Shown here one piece after another: positions 21,198 through 30,596 of a stretch of 64,000 nt of DNA. The first letter of the stretch is position 1. Each line of letters begins with the position of its first letter. The translations under genes were made by a program, and so were the position numbers. Location: NCBI GenBank assembly GCA_963798085.1, contig CAWCRS010000010.1:32001-96000 (forward strand). The letters are read 5' to 3'. The notes under the pieces were generated by a model. It saw only the letters and a list, made by a program, of their open reading frames with translations. It was not told where the DNA came from and searched no databases. Source of the DNA: an uncultured Gemmatimonadales bacterium (GTDB taxonomy: Bacteria; Gemmatimonadota; Gemmatimonadetes; Longimicrobiales; RSA9).

Positions 21198-23357
21198 GTG
21201 CCAGGCAGGCCTCTACTTCGCGCACTCGCCGACCGCGCCGGGATCAGCCCCGAGTTCACGGACAACCGGGGCAAACTCTGTGTTACGTCGGATGCGACGC
21301 GCGCGCTGCTGCTGGCCGCCATGGGCTGGGATGCGTCCAGCGAGGCGGCCGTCGCGCATGCGCTGGAGGCACTGCGCGAGCGCGCGGATACACCGCGCCT
21401 CGCGCGCGTGGAGCGACCTGCGCCCCTCGAGCTGCGCCTGCCCAATGGTGCAGAACGCAGCATCGAGTGGTCGCTCGAACTGGAAGCGGCAGACGGCGGC
21501 ACGACGCGCGCCGAGGGACGCGCCGGTATCCGGAAGGGGCAGCGTCGCCTGCGCCTGCCCGTGGAATCGCCGCGTGTGGCCGGCTACTACACAATGCGCG
21601 CGACACTGGGCGACGCGCCGGCCGTTACGCAATTCCTGATCGTCTCGCCAGCCACGTGCACTCGCCTCGAAAAGCGCATTGCTGCTCGCCGCTTCGGCAT
21701 TGTCGCCAACCTGTACACGCTGCGCACGCGCACCAACTGGGGCGCGGGCGACTTCACGGATCTGGAAGCGCTGGCGCAGTACAGCGCGCACGTGGGCGGC
21801 GTCTTCGTCGGCCTGAATCCGCTGCACGCCCTGCGCAATCGCGGCATGTGGGTCAGTCCGTACAGTCCCTCGAGCCGGCTCTTTCGCAATGCGCTGTACG
21901 TGGACGTCGCACGCGTGCCGGAGCTGGCGGACTCGCCCGCGACGCAGACACTGCTGGCCTCGCCGGAGTGGCGGGCGGAGCTGGAGCGACTGCGGGCGCT
22001 GCGTGGCGTCGATTACGAAGGTGTGATGCGCCTCAAGCGCGCCGCGCTGGAATCGCTGCACGGCGTGTTCCTCGCCCTGCCCGCGGGCTCACCCCGCCGC
22101 ACCGCGTACGACGCGTTCCAGCTGCGGCACGGCGCAACGCTGCGCGATTTCGCCACGTTTCAGGCGCTGGAAGAGCGATTCGCGCAGACCGGCGAGACGC
22201 GACTCGACTGGCGCACATGGCCGGCGCCGTTCCACGATCCCGCGTCGCCTGCCGTACGCGAATTCCGTGACAATGCGGCGCAGCGCATCGCGTTCCATCT
22301 CTGGGTGCAGTTCGAGCTGGATCGTCAGCTCGCGGAGGTGGCGCAGCGCGCGCAGGAAGCGGGCCTCGCGCTCGGCCTGTATGGCGATCTCGCGATCGGC
22401 TCGTCGCCGGGCGGCGCGGATCACTGGATGTTTCCGGGCCTGTTCGTGGATGGCGCGTACGTGGGCGCGCCACCCAATGCGTTCAGCGAAGTGGGCCAGG
22501 ACTGGGGCCTGCCGCCCGTGCACCCGTTGCGCCTCGCGCAGGACGGGTTCCGTTACTGGCGACTGCTGATCCGCAACGCGCTCGAACATTTCGGCGCATT
22601 GCGCATCGATCACGTCATGGGCCTGTTCCGCCAGTACTGGGTGCCGGCGGGTCACAAGGCGACGGAGGGAGCCTACGTCCGCTTCCCCTCGGCCGCATTG
22701 CTGGCAGTGCTCGCCATCGAGAGTCAGCGGCGAGGTGCCATCATCATTGGTGAAGACCTGGGCACGGTGCCGCGTGGAGTACCGGCCGCACTCGCACGAC
22801 TCGGCATCCTGTCCTCGCGCGTGCTCTACTTCGAGCGCGACAAGCGCGGTGCTTTCAAGCCGGCGAAAGCGTATTCGCGGCGCGCGCTGGTCACGGCTAA
22901 CACGCACGATCACGCGCCGCTGGCAGGCTTCTGGACCGGTCGCGACATCGAGCTGCGGCGCGCCGCCGAGTCGCTGCCGGACGAAGCGTCATGGCGACTT
23001 GCCGTGCAGGAGCGCGCGCGCGACAGAGAAGCTTTGCTGGCCCGCCTCGGCGCGGAGCACATTCTGCCCGCGGGCGCGCACCCTGACACGAGCGAATTCA
23101 CGACTGCCGTGCACCGTTTTCTCGCGCACACGCCCTCGCCGCTGCTGGGCATTGCGCTGGACGACCTGGCGGGCGAGCTGGAACCGGTGAACATCCCGGG
23201 CGTGACGGCGGAGCGCTACCGGAGCTGGACGCGACGCATGCACATCTCGCTCGAAGCACTGGCGGGCAGCGCCAGCGCCATCCGCGCGCTGAGCGGACTG
23301 CGCAGCCGCCTGGCGACGGGTGGGAAGCGCGCAGCGCGGCAGGACCCGCCCGGGTGA
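21198..23357 (+). CDS. malQ: 4-alpha-glucanotransferase (GH77)
   Basis: SPYSPSSR, GQDWG, RIDHVMG, IGEDLG, NTHD and VNIPG. Confidence 0.95.
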   Translation: MPGRPLLRALADRAGISPEFTDNRGKLCVTSDATRALLLAAMGWDASSEAAVAHALEALRERADTPRLARVERPAPLELRLPNGAERSIEWSLELEAADGGTTRAEGRAGIRKGQRRLRLPVESPRVAGYYTMRATLGDAPAVTQFLIVSPATCTRLEKRIAARRFGIVANLYTLRTRTNWGAGDFTDLEALAQYSAHVGGVFVGLNPLHALRNRGMWVSPYSPSSRLFRNALYVDVARVPELADSPATQTLLASPEWRAELERLRALRGVDYEGVMRLKRAALESLHGVFLALPAGSPRRTAYDAFQLRHGATLRDFATFQALEERFAQTGETRLDWRTWPAPFHDPASPAVREFRDNAAQRIAFHLWVQFELDRQLAEVAQRAQEAGLALGLYGDLAIGSSPGGADHWMFPGLFVDGAYVGAPPNAFSEVGQDWGLPPVHPLRLAQDGFRYWRLLIRNALEHFGALRIDHVMGLFRQYWVPAGHKATEGAYVRFPSAALLAVLAIESQRRGAIIIGEDLGTVPRGVPAALARLGILSSRVLYFERDKRGAFKPAKAYSRRALVTANTHDHAPLAGFWTGRDIELRRAAESLPDEASWRLAVQERARDREALLARLGAEHILPAGAHPDTSEFTTAVHRFLAHTPSPLLGIALDDLAGELEPVNIPGVTAERYRSWTRRMHISLEALAGSASAIRALSGLRSRLATGGKRAARQDPPG

Positions 23358-23427
23358 AGAGCGCGACCATTGCCAGCCGCGCGGCCGCGGCCTACCATGC
23401 CCGCGACCTCGACCGGAGACCGCAATC

Positions 23428-25788
23428 ATGGTCCGTCGCCTGCGTGCCATCCCGCTGCTGCTGCTCCTTGCCGCCGCTCCACTCACTGCGCAGAGCGTGC
23501 CCACGCCGCGCGAGCATTTCGGTTTCGACATTGGCGAGAACCGCAAGCTCGCGGACTGGAAACAGCTCACTGCGTACTACGAGAAGGTCGCGAAAGCCAG
23601 CCCGCGGGTGAAACTGGACACGATCGGCACGACCACGAAGGGCCTGCCTTTCGTGATGCTCACGATCACCAGCGAGCAGAATCAGGCGAAGCTGGCCGAG
23701 CTGCGGGACATCCAGCTGCGGCTCGCGGATCCTCGCCGCATCAGCGGACCGCAGGAGCTGGAGCGGCTGCTGCAGCAGGGTCGCAACGTGGTGCTCATCA
23801 CGCACAGCATTCACTCGACGGAAGTGGGCGGCGCGCAGACGGCGGCGCGCGTGATCTACAAGCTGGCGTCGTCGAACGACGCGCAGGTCCGCGAGATCCT
23901 CGACAACGTCATCCTGCTCGATGTCCCCTCGCTCAACCCGGACGGTACGCAGTGGGTGAACGAGTGGTACATGAAGTACGCGGGCACGGATTTCGACGGC
24001 ACCGCGCCACCCTGGCTGTATCACTTCTACACGGGCCACGACAACAATCGCGACTGGTACGCCTTCACGCAGAAGGAAACGCAGGCCACGGTGCTGAAGG
24101 CGCACAATGCGTGGCATCCCGAGATCGTGAACGACATTCACCAGATGGGCGGCACCGGCGCGCGCATGTACATGCCACCCTACATCGACCCGGTGGAGCC
24201 CAACGTCGATCCGGCAATCATCGCGGCAGTCAACGGCCTCGGCACTTCCATGGCGGCGGAGCTGACGGCGGAGGGCAAGGCGGGAGTCGTGATCGATGCC
24301 ATCTACGACGCATGGACGCCGGCGCGCGCGTATCAGCATTACCACGGCGGCGTGCGCATCCTCACGGAAACCGCGTCGGCGCGCATTGCCACGCCCATCA
24401 ATGTGAAGAAGGAATCGATCCGTGGCGGGCGGGAATACGAAGCCAGCGAGAGCAGCTGGAAGTATCCGCTGCCGTGGTGGGGCGGCGAGTGGGGTCTCTC
24501 GAACATCGTCGACTATCAGGAAGCCGGCATCTGGGCGCTGCTCTCGCACGCCGCGAAGAATCGCCGCTACTGGCTGGAAAACTTCTACCACATCAACCAG
24601 CGCGCGGTGGATGGCTGGCCGCAGTGGCCGGCCGCGTGGGTGATTCCGGCGGATCAGGCGAATCGCGCCGGCCTTTCCTTCGCCCTTCGCATCCTGACCA
24701 TGGCCGACGTCGAAGTGCACCGCGCAACCGCGCCCTTCTCCGTCACCATTGATCGTGGTCGCACGCTGCTGCCCGCATGGCCCGACAGCATGAAGCACTC
24801 GTTTCCGGCCGGCTCGTACGTGATTCCCATGAAGCAGCCGTACGCGTCCTTCGCGGAGACCATGCTCGAGGTGCAGCACTATCCCGATCTGCGCGAGTTC
24901 CCCGGCGGACCGCCGAAGCAGCCGTACAATGTGACCGCGCACACACTGCCGCTGCTCATGAATTTCCTGGCGGTACCCGTGCAGCAGTTCGACGGGCAGG
25001 CGCCGCCGCTCTCGGATGCGATTCCGCTGCAGGAGTGGCAGTTCGAGGCGCCGGCCGCGCTGCGCGGCCGCAATGCGCCCCGCATCGGGCTCTACAAGTC
25101 GTGGCAGGAGTCGCAGGAGAGCGGCTGGACCCGCTGGATGTTCGACGTGAACCAGCTGGGGTACGACACGATCAAGGACACGCGCATGCGCGCCGGGAAT
25201 CTGCGCAAGGACTATGACGTGATCCTGCTGCAGTCGCAGTCACCCGGCTCGATCCGCAACGGCAACGAGGAAGGCTCGCTGCCTGCCGAATACACGGGCG
25301 GCATCGGCGACGAGGGGACGGAAGCGCTCAAGCAGTTCGTGCAGCAGGGCGGCCGCCTGGTCGCCATCGAGGACGCCACGGAGTTCGCCATCGACCTGTT
25401 CGGCATCAACGTATCCAGCGCCGTGGCCGGGTTGCGACCGCAGGACTTCTACGTACCCGGCTCCATCGTCAGGATGACCATGGATACGACGCGCGCGCTG
25501 GCCGCGGGTGTTGCCGACACCGTGTACGCCTGGTACTGGGACGCCAGCCGCTCCTTCAATGTGCGCGACCCCGATGTTCATGTAATCGCGCGTTATGGAC
25601 CGGACAACCCGGTCGTTTCCGGGTGGATCCTCGGCCCTGAACGGCTGGCCAATCGTCCGGCATTGCTGGAGAAGACCGTGGGCCAGGGTTCGGTGGTGCT
25701 GTTCGGCTTCCAGCCCAATTATCGCGGCCACAGCGTCTCGACCTGGCCCCTGTTGTGGAATGCGCTGACCGTACCGCGAAAACGGTGA
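23428..25788 (+). CDS. Secreted M14 zinc carboxypeptidase with a C-terminal glutamine-amidotransferase-like domain
   Basis: Signal peptide, HSTE (HxxE), NPDG, DNNRD, DIHQM and LTETAS. Confidence 0.88.
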   Translation: MVRRLRAIPLLLLLAAAPLTAQSVPTPREHFGFDIGENRKLADWKQLTAYYEKVAKASPRVKLDTIGTTTKGLPFVMLTITSEQNQAKLAELRDIQLRLADPRRISGPQELERLLQQGRNVVLITHSIHSTEVGGAQTAARVIYKLASSNDAQVREILDNVILLDVPSLNPDGTQWVNEWYMKYAGTDFDGTAPPWLYHFYTGHDNNRDWYAFTQKETQATVLKAHNAWHPEIVNDIHQMGGTGARMYMPPYIDPVEPNVDPAIIAAVNGLGTSMAAELTAEGKAGVVIDAIYDAWTPARAYQHYHGGVRILTETASARIATPINVKKESIRGGREYEASESSWKYPLPWWGGEWGLSNIVDYQEAGIWALLSHAAKNRRYWLENFYHINQRAVDGWPQWPAAWVIPADQANRAGLSFALRILTMADVEVHRATAPFSVTIDRGRTLLPAWPDSMKHSFPAGSYVIPMKQPYASFAETMLEVQHYPDLREFPGGPPKQPYNVTAHTLPLLMNFLAVPVQQFDGQAPPLSDAIPLQEWQFEAPAALRGRNAPRIGLYKSWQESQESGWTRWMFDVNQLGYDTIKDTRMRAGNLRKDYDVILLQSQSPGSIRNGNEEGSLPAEYTGGIGDEGTEALKQFVQQGGRLVAIEDATEFAIDLFGINVSSAVAGLRPQDFYVPGSIVRMTMDTTRALAAGVADTVYAWYWDASRSFNVRDPDVHVIARYGPDNPVVSGWILGPERLANRPALLEKTVGQGSVVLFGFQPNYRGHSVSTWPLLWNALTVPRKR

Positions 25789-25792
25789 TGCC

Positions 25793-26269
25793 ATGATCGA
25801 TGCACTGAAGCGCATGAACGGCCACATCGCCTGGGCCGACAACCGCATTCTGGAGGCGCTGCGGCACGCCGGCGACGCCTCGCCGCGTGCCCTGGAAATC
25901 TTCGCGCACGTGCTGGGCTCGGAGCACGTGTGGCTCACGCGCATGCTGGGCACGAGCGCGCGCGTGGCCGTGTGGCCCGCATACGACGTCGACCAGTGCG
26001 CCGAGCTGGCGGCCGCGAATCACGAGGCCGCCGCCGCGTTCCTCGACTCGCTGGATGACGAATCCGTCGAGCGCTCCGTGCACTACCGCAACAGCGCGGG
26101 CGCCGCGTTCGACTCGAAGCTCTCGGACATCCTCATGCATATGGCGCTGCACGGCGCGTATCACCGCGGCCAGGTGAACCTGCTGCTGCGCGGTGCGGGC
26201 GCCGAGCCCATGCCCACGGACTACATCGCGCTCTCCCGCGGCGCGCCCGCGGCCACGCGCACACCGTAG
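25793..26269 (+). CDS. DinB/YfiT family protein
   Basis: WADNRIL, His triad (AHV...HGAYHRGQ) and PTDY. Confidence 0.88.
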   Translation: MIDALKRMNGHIAWADNRILEALRHAGDASPRALEIFAHVLGSEHVWLTRMLGTSARVAVWPAYDVDQCAELAAANHEAAAAFLDSLDDESVERSVHYRNSAGAAFDSKLSDILMHMALHGAYHRGQVNLLLRGAGAEPMPTDYIALSRGAPAATRTP

Positions 26270-26301
26270 CGCTCAGGCTCGGGCATGCAGGAGCCGCTGG
26301 C

Positions 26302-27210
26302 ATGAGCGACAAAGTGCAGCTCGGGATTCGCTCGGCGCGGCTCGGACTCATCGTTAATGCCGCACTGGTGAGCATCAAGGTTACCGCCGGACTGCTCGGC
26401 AACTCCTACGCGCTGGTTGCCGACGGCGTCGAGTCCGGCACGGATGTGTTCTCCTCGCTCATCGTCTGGCGAGGCATCTCGATATCGGCACGCTCGGCCA
26501 ATGAGCAGTTCCATTTCGGCTACGGCAAGGCGGAAACGCTCTCGGCCGCCGCCGTTTCGCTCATGCTGCTGGCGGCCGCCGCCGGCATTGCCATCGAAGC
26601 CGTACGCGAGATCGCCTCACCGCATCACGGGCCCGCTGCCTTCACGCTGATCGTTCTGGTCGCGGTGATTGCCACCAAGGAGCTGCTGTTCCGCAAGGTG
26701 CGCGCGGTCAGCGGCGACCTGAGCAGCCGCGCCCTCGAAGCCAATGCCTGGCACCATCGCTCCAATGCCATCACATCGACAGCCGCATTCGTGGGCATCA
26801 GTCTGGCCCTGATCGGTGGCCCCGCATGGGCACCCGCCGACGATTGGGCCGCACTCTTCGCATCCTTCGTGATCGCGTTCAACGGCGCCCGCCTGCTGCG
26901 CCCCGCCGTGATCGACCTGATGGACCGCGCGCCCGACGCACCCGTGCTCGACCTGGTACGGCGCCTGGCCGGCGGCGTGCCCGGCGTGCTTGCCGTCGAG
27001 AAGATCCAGGCAAGGCGAGGCGGCATGGGCTACCTCGTCGTCATCCACGTGCAAGCCGACCCCCACCTGCCCCTGCGCGATGCCCACAGGCTCGGTGGCC
27101 GCGTACGCAGCGCCCTCCGCCAGGACGACACCATTATCGACGCCTTCGTCCACATGGAGCCCTACGAGTCACTCACCGCAGAGGGCGCTGTGGACGCAGA
27201 GGAAACGTAG
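26302..27210 (+). CDS. Cation diffusion facilitator (FieF-like)
   Basis: SYALVADGVES, FGYGKAE, AWHHRS(N) and a C-terminal HMEP. Confidence 0.9.
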   Translation: MSDKVQLGIRSARLGLIVNAALVSIKVTAGLLGNSYALVADGVESGTDVFSSLIVWRGISISARSANEQFHFGYGKAETLSAAAVSLMLLAAAAGIAIEAVREIASPHHGPAAFTLIVLVAVIATKELLFRKVRAVSGDLSSRALEANAWHHRSNAITSTAAFVGISLALIGGPAWAPADDWAALFASFVIAFNGARLLRPAVIDLMDRAPDAPVLDLVRRLAGGVPGVLAVEKIQARRGGMGYLVVIHVQADPHLPLRDAHRLGGRVRSALRQDDTIIDAFVHMEPYESLTAEGAVDAEET

Positions 27211-27268
27211 GGAGATTCTCGCAGTGGTGCCTCGACCCTCCGCGTTCTCACGCGCTCTGCGCGGTGGA
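27173..27268. repeat. Imperfect hairpin (family A-related) spanning the 3' ends of the convergent CDF and tal genes
   Basis: CACCGCAGAGGGCGCTGTGGACGCAGAGG ... CCTCCGCGTTCTCACGCGCTCTGCGCGGTG. GAGGGCGCTG(C/T)GGACG also occurs at ~7142. Confidence 0.5.
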
Positions 27269-28363
27269 GGTAGTCAGGAGTTGTGAGCGTTTGGATTCGA
27301 GGGACTGCATCAGCTGGTCGAACGATTCGGCGAACTTCCTGACGCCGTCCCGCTGCAGCTCCTCGGTGACGTCGTGCATGTCGATGCCCAGGCTGGCGAG
27401 CTGCACCAGGCTGTGGCGGGCTCCATCCACAGCTTCGGTCAGCGTCACGCGGGCGGTGCCGTGGTCGAGGAACGCGTCGATGGTCTCCGGTGGTACGGTG
27501 TTGACCGTCTCGGGACCGATCAGGCCGTCGACGTACTTGGTGTCAGGGTAGTCCGGATTCTTGGTGCTGGTGCTGCCGAAGAGCACACGCTGCGCACGCG
27601 CGCCGCGCGCGGCCAGCGCGCTGAAGGCCGGGCCGTGGAAGACCTGGAGGAAACTCTGGTACGCCAACTTCGCGTTAGCAATGGCGGCAACACCGCGCAG
27701 GGCACGCGCTGCGGGTGTGCCCATGGCCTCCAGTTTCCTGTCGATCAGCGTGTCCACGCGGCTGACGAAGAAGGAGGCGACCGACGCGATACGGCGGGGG
27801 TCCGCGGTGCGGCGCAGGCCGCGCAGATACGCATCGGCGACGGCATTGTAGTGCGCCAGCGAGAACATGAGCGTGGCGTTGACGTTGATGCCGGCCGCGA
27901 AGAGTTCCTCCATGGCGGGCACGCCTTCGGGCGTGGCCGGGATCTTGATCATGACGTTGGGCCGGTTCGTCTCGGCCCACAGGCGCTTCGCCTCCTGCAC
28001 ACTGCCGGCCGTGTCGTGGGCAAGGTGCGGCGAGACTTCCAGGCTCACATAGCCGTCATCGCCGCCTGATTCGTCCCACACCGGCCGCAGCACATCGGCG
28101 GCCTCCTGGATGTCCGTGATGGCAAGCTGCTCGAACAGCGCGGCCACCGGCGTCTCCGCATCCGCATGGATCGCCGCGCGCAGGTCGGCGTCGTATTCCG
28201 TACCGCCGCTGATCGCCTTCTCGAAGATCAATGGATTGCTGGTCACGCCGCGCAGGCCGCCATCGACGAGCTGCTTCAGCTCGCCTTTGCGCACCAGATT
28301 GCGGCGAATGAAATCGAGCCACACAGACTGACCGAGTGCGTGCAGGTCCTTCATGCTCGGCAT
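27248..28363 (-). CDS. tal: Transaldolase (long type)
   Basis: GQSVWLD, GVTSNP, VSLEVSP, MIKIPAT (Schiff-base Lys) and ASFFVSRVD. Confidence 0.95.
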   Translation of the reverse strand: MPSMKDLHALGQSVWLDFIRRNLVRKGELKQLVDGGLRGVTSNPLIFEKAISGGTEYDADLRAAIHADAETPVAALFEQLAITDIQEAADVLRPVWDESGGDDGYVSLEVSPHLAHDTAGSVQEAKRLWAETNRPNVMIKIPATPEGVPAMEELFAAGINVNATLMFSLAHYNAVADAYLRGLRRTADPRRIASVASFFVSRVDTLIDRKLEAMGTPAARALRGVAAIANAKLAYQSFLQVFHGPAFSALAARGARAQRVLFGSTSTKNPDYPDTKYVDGLIGPETVNTVPPETIDAFLDHGTARVTLTEAVDGARHSLVQLASLGIDMHDVTEELQRDGVRKFAESFDQLMQSLESKRSQLLTTSTAQSA

Positions 28364-28566
28364 TTGATCGCTCCTGGTCGGGAGAATCCGATCCCGCGTC
28401 CGTACCTTCGGTGGGCGCCGCCCTGCGGCATCCCCCCGGCGGTCATCTGACTATACCCCTTCCCCCCGCACGGTGTCCACCGCCCCAGCACCCAGCGCAG
28501 CTCGGCGAAGGTCAATGTGTGCCCGACCGAGCCCGCCGCAGGTCGTTGTCACCCAGCCCGCGCGGT

Positions 28567-28602
28567 AATCCGTCCTCAGTCCCGCTGCGGCCACTGCGTG
28601 AG
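28567..28602. repeat. Dispersed solo copy of a family A repeat arm
   Basis: AATCCGTCCTCAGTCCCGCTGCGGCCACTGCGTGAG closely matches 7401-7436. Confidence 0.6.
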
Positions 28603-28785
28603 CCATCCGTTCTCCGCGCCCTCGCCTGCCGCCCCTCGAGCAGCCTCTAACAGCGAGCTAGTAGCATGAAATGGGCTGCGACGGAGAGGCACACGGGGTG
28701 TGCGCGGTGGCCTGGCGTCAGGATGAGAGAAGGCCCGGTGCCAGCAACCGGCACCGGGCCCCCCGACGCAGCTCCTTGTGCAGCC

Positions 28786-29463
28786 TCAGGAAGCGCGGCG
28801 ACCCTCGTGGCTGGCGGCAGGCGATGCGGGTGCCGCCTCGTCGTCGGCCGCGCTCTCGTCCACCATGTCCTCTTCCTCGACCGGCATTTCGTAGAGGCGT
28901 TCCAGCAGACCGTGGTAGAGCGGCTCGTACAGGCCCTCGCGCAGCGCCAGCTCGCGGACGTACGTGCGCGCCAGCTCGGCCGGGCCGGTCTGCGGGTCCG
29001 CAGATTCGCAGAGACCCAGCAGGTTTTCGACGTGAATGCGCAGCAGCTTGCTCTCCACGTGCCCGCCATGCAGCTCCACCCACTCGCGGAAGGCGTAGTT
29101 GCGCCGGCCGCTGAGGCGCTTGCGGATGCGCTCCACCAGCGATGCCGTGATGTCCCACTCGACGGCCCCGTCGATTGCTACGAACGTGTTAGGCAGCTGC
29201 GTCACGTCCGTATTGGAGACCTGGCCGAGGTACACCAGCACGCGATTGCGCAGCGCCTGCAGGTCGATCTCCGACAGGTAGTGCAGACGCGCGTAGATCA
29301 CGAGCAGCTGCGGCGCCGCCACTTCGCCCTGGCCGCGCCGGATCAGCTCCAGCACGAACCGGAAATGGGCATCGCCCAGCCGCTGTCGCGCCACCGCCAG
29401 CGCCACGTTCAGATTGGTCGCCTGCGCCTGTGCGGCGCTCGCGGACCGCTGCTTCCGGCTCAT
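28786..29463 (-). CDS. Hypothetical helical protein with an internal duplication and acidic tail
   Basis: GC3-rich codon usage and two H-x23-Y units. ATG at 29463. Confidence 0.7.
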   Translation of the reverse strand: MSRKQRSASAAQAQATNLNVALAVARQRLGDAHFRFVLELIRRGQGEVAAPQLLVIYARLHYLSEIDLQALRNRVLVYLGQVSNTDVTQLPNTFVAIDGAVEWDITASLVERIRKRLSGRRNYAFREWVELHGGHVESKLLRIHVENLLGLCESADPQTGPAELARTYVRELALREGLYEPLYHGLLERLYEMPVEEEDMVDESAADDEAAPASPAASHEGRRAS

Positions 29464-29600
29464 AGACCCCTGGGGGTGCACTTCGGGTGGGAACAACGAG
29501 GTGCATACCAGCTTGGCAAGCCACATGCCCGGCCACTGTGCCGCGTGGTCGGCTTCCTGCTCGTTCCCGGGCCAGGCTGTGTTCTAGCCATGCAAGGTAT

Positions 29601-29626
29601 TACGCCCCAAATGAATACGGGTTTCA
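29601..29626 (-). promoter_or_regulatory. ECF sigma (SigW-like) promoter
   Basis: TGAAAC-N16-CGTA in an AT-rich patch ~140 nt upstream of the 29463 ATG. Confidence 0.5.
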
Positions 29627-29897
29627 GACGACGGCCTTTCCTCGTCTTTGCCGGCGCTTCTCCGCCCGGACCAGCCCACCGCCGGCCGTAGTCCCCGGGC
29701 ACCGGAAGTGTTGGCCCGGCGCAACCGTCAACCCACTGCTCGCCTTCGCGATGCGGTGATGCTGTCCCTCGGTATCGGCAGGTCGCGCACCAGCCTGCAG
29801 GCGAAGCGCAGGCAGAGGTGGCGGTTCCGGGCGGGCGCGGGCGGGGTCGGACGAGCACGGAGACGGCCGACCGGCATCATCACACGCCCCAGCGACG

Positions 29898-30596
29898 CTA
29901 CAGGGCGAGCATTTGCCTTCCCACGAGGTATTTCGAGTTGCGGTCCTGGCGGTAAGGCAGGCCGGCGGTCACCGAGCGCGCGGCCATGTCGTGTTCGGCG
30001 GCGTACTTGACCTCGACGATGGCCACACCGGGCACGACCGAGCGCGAGAGCAACGAGGTCCAGCCGGAGCGTACGCGATAGAACTCGATGTCCGTGTCGA
30101 CGGTGATGCGGAAGCGGCCGCAGGCGGAGAGGTAGTAGCGGCGGCGGTAATGGTTGAGCAGTGTCGGTGCGAACAGCCGGATTATCGCGGTCGCCTCTTC
30201 TGCATCGGCCGAGCGGGCCAGCCAGGCGCGCGTGCGATCCGGCTCGAGCAGCTCGTCGAAGCAGGCATCGGCCAGGGCATGGCGCGCTTTCCGGCCCAGC
30301 GTATTGGTCTTCACCTTCAACTCGAGCCAGGGCTGGCTCACGGGGTCCTGCAGCGGACCGTACCAGCGCAGGCGCACTTTCGTGCGGTCGCCCATGCCGG
30401 CCTCGCTCTCGGCGTACAGGCGATGGTCCGGCGTGTCGAAGTAGAGGCTGTTGACCCAGCGCTCGTAGTAGACCTCGGAGAAGAGCGCCGGGTGCAGCCG
30501 CAGCACCAGGGCGATGGCCTGCTGGTTCGCGCCCGGCCCGCTGACCACGAACTTGCGCTCGTAGCGCAGGCTCTCCGGATTCTCTTCGCGGATCAT
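29898..30596 (-). CDS. VTC-domain (CYTH/triphosphate-tunnel, polyphosphate polymerase-like) protein
   Basis: RYERKF, SLYFDT, KVRLRWY, LELKVK, RITVD, VEVKY and NSKY. Its ATG overlaps the CotH stop (ATGA). Confidence 0.9.
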   Translation of the reverse strand: MIREENPESLRYERKFVVSGPGANQQAIALVLRLHPALFSEVYYERWVNSLYFDTPDHRLYAESEAGMGDRTKVRLRWYGPLQDPVSQPWLELKVKTNTLGRKARHALADACFDELLEPDRTRAWLARSADAEEATAIIRLFAPTLLNHYRRRYYLSACGRFRITVDTDIEFYRVRSGWTSLLSRSVVPGVAIVEVKYAAEHDMAARSVTAGLPYRQDRNSKYLVGRQMLAL

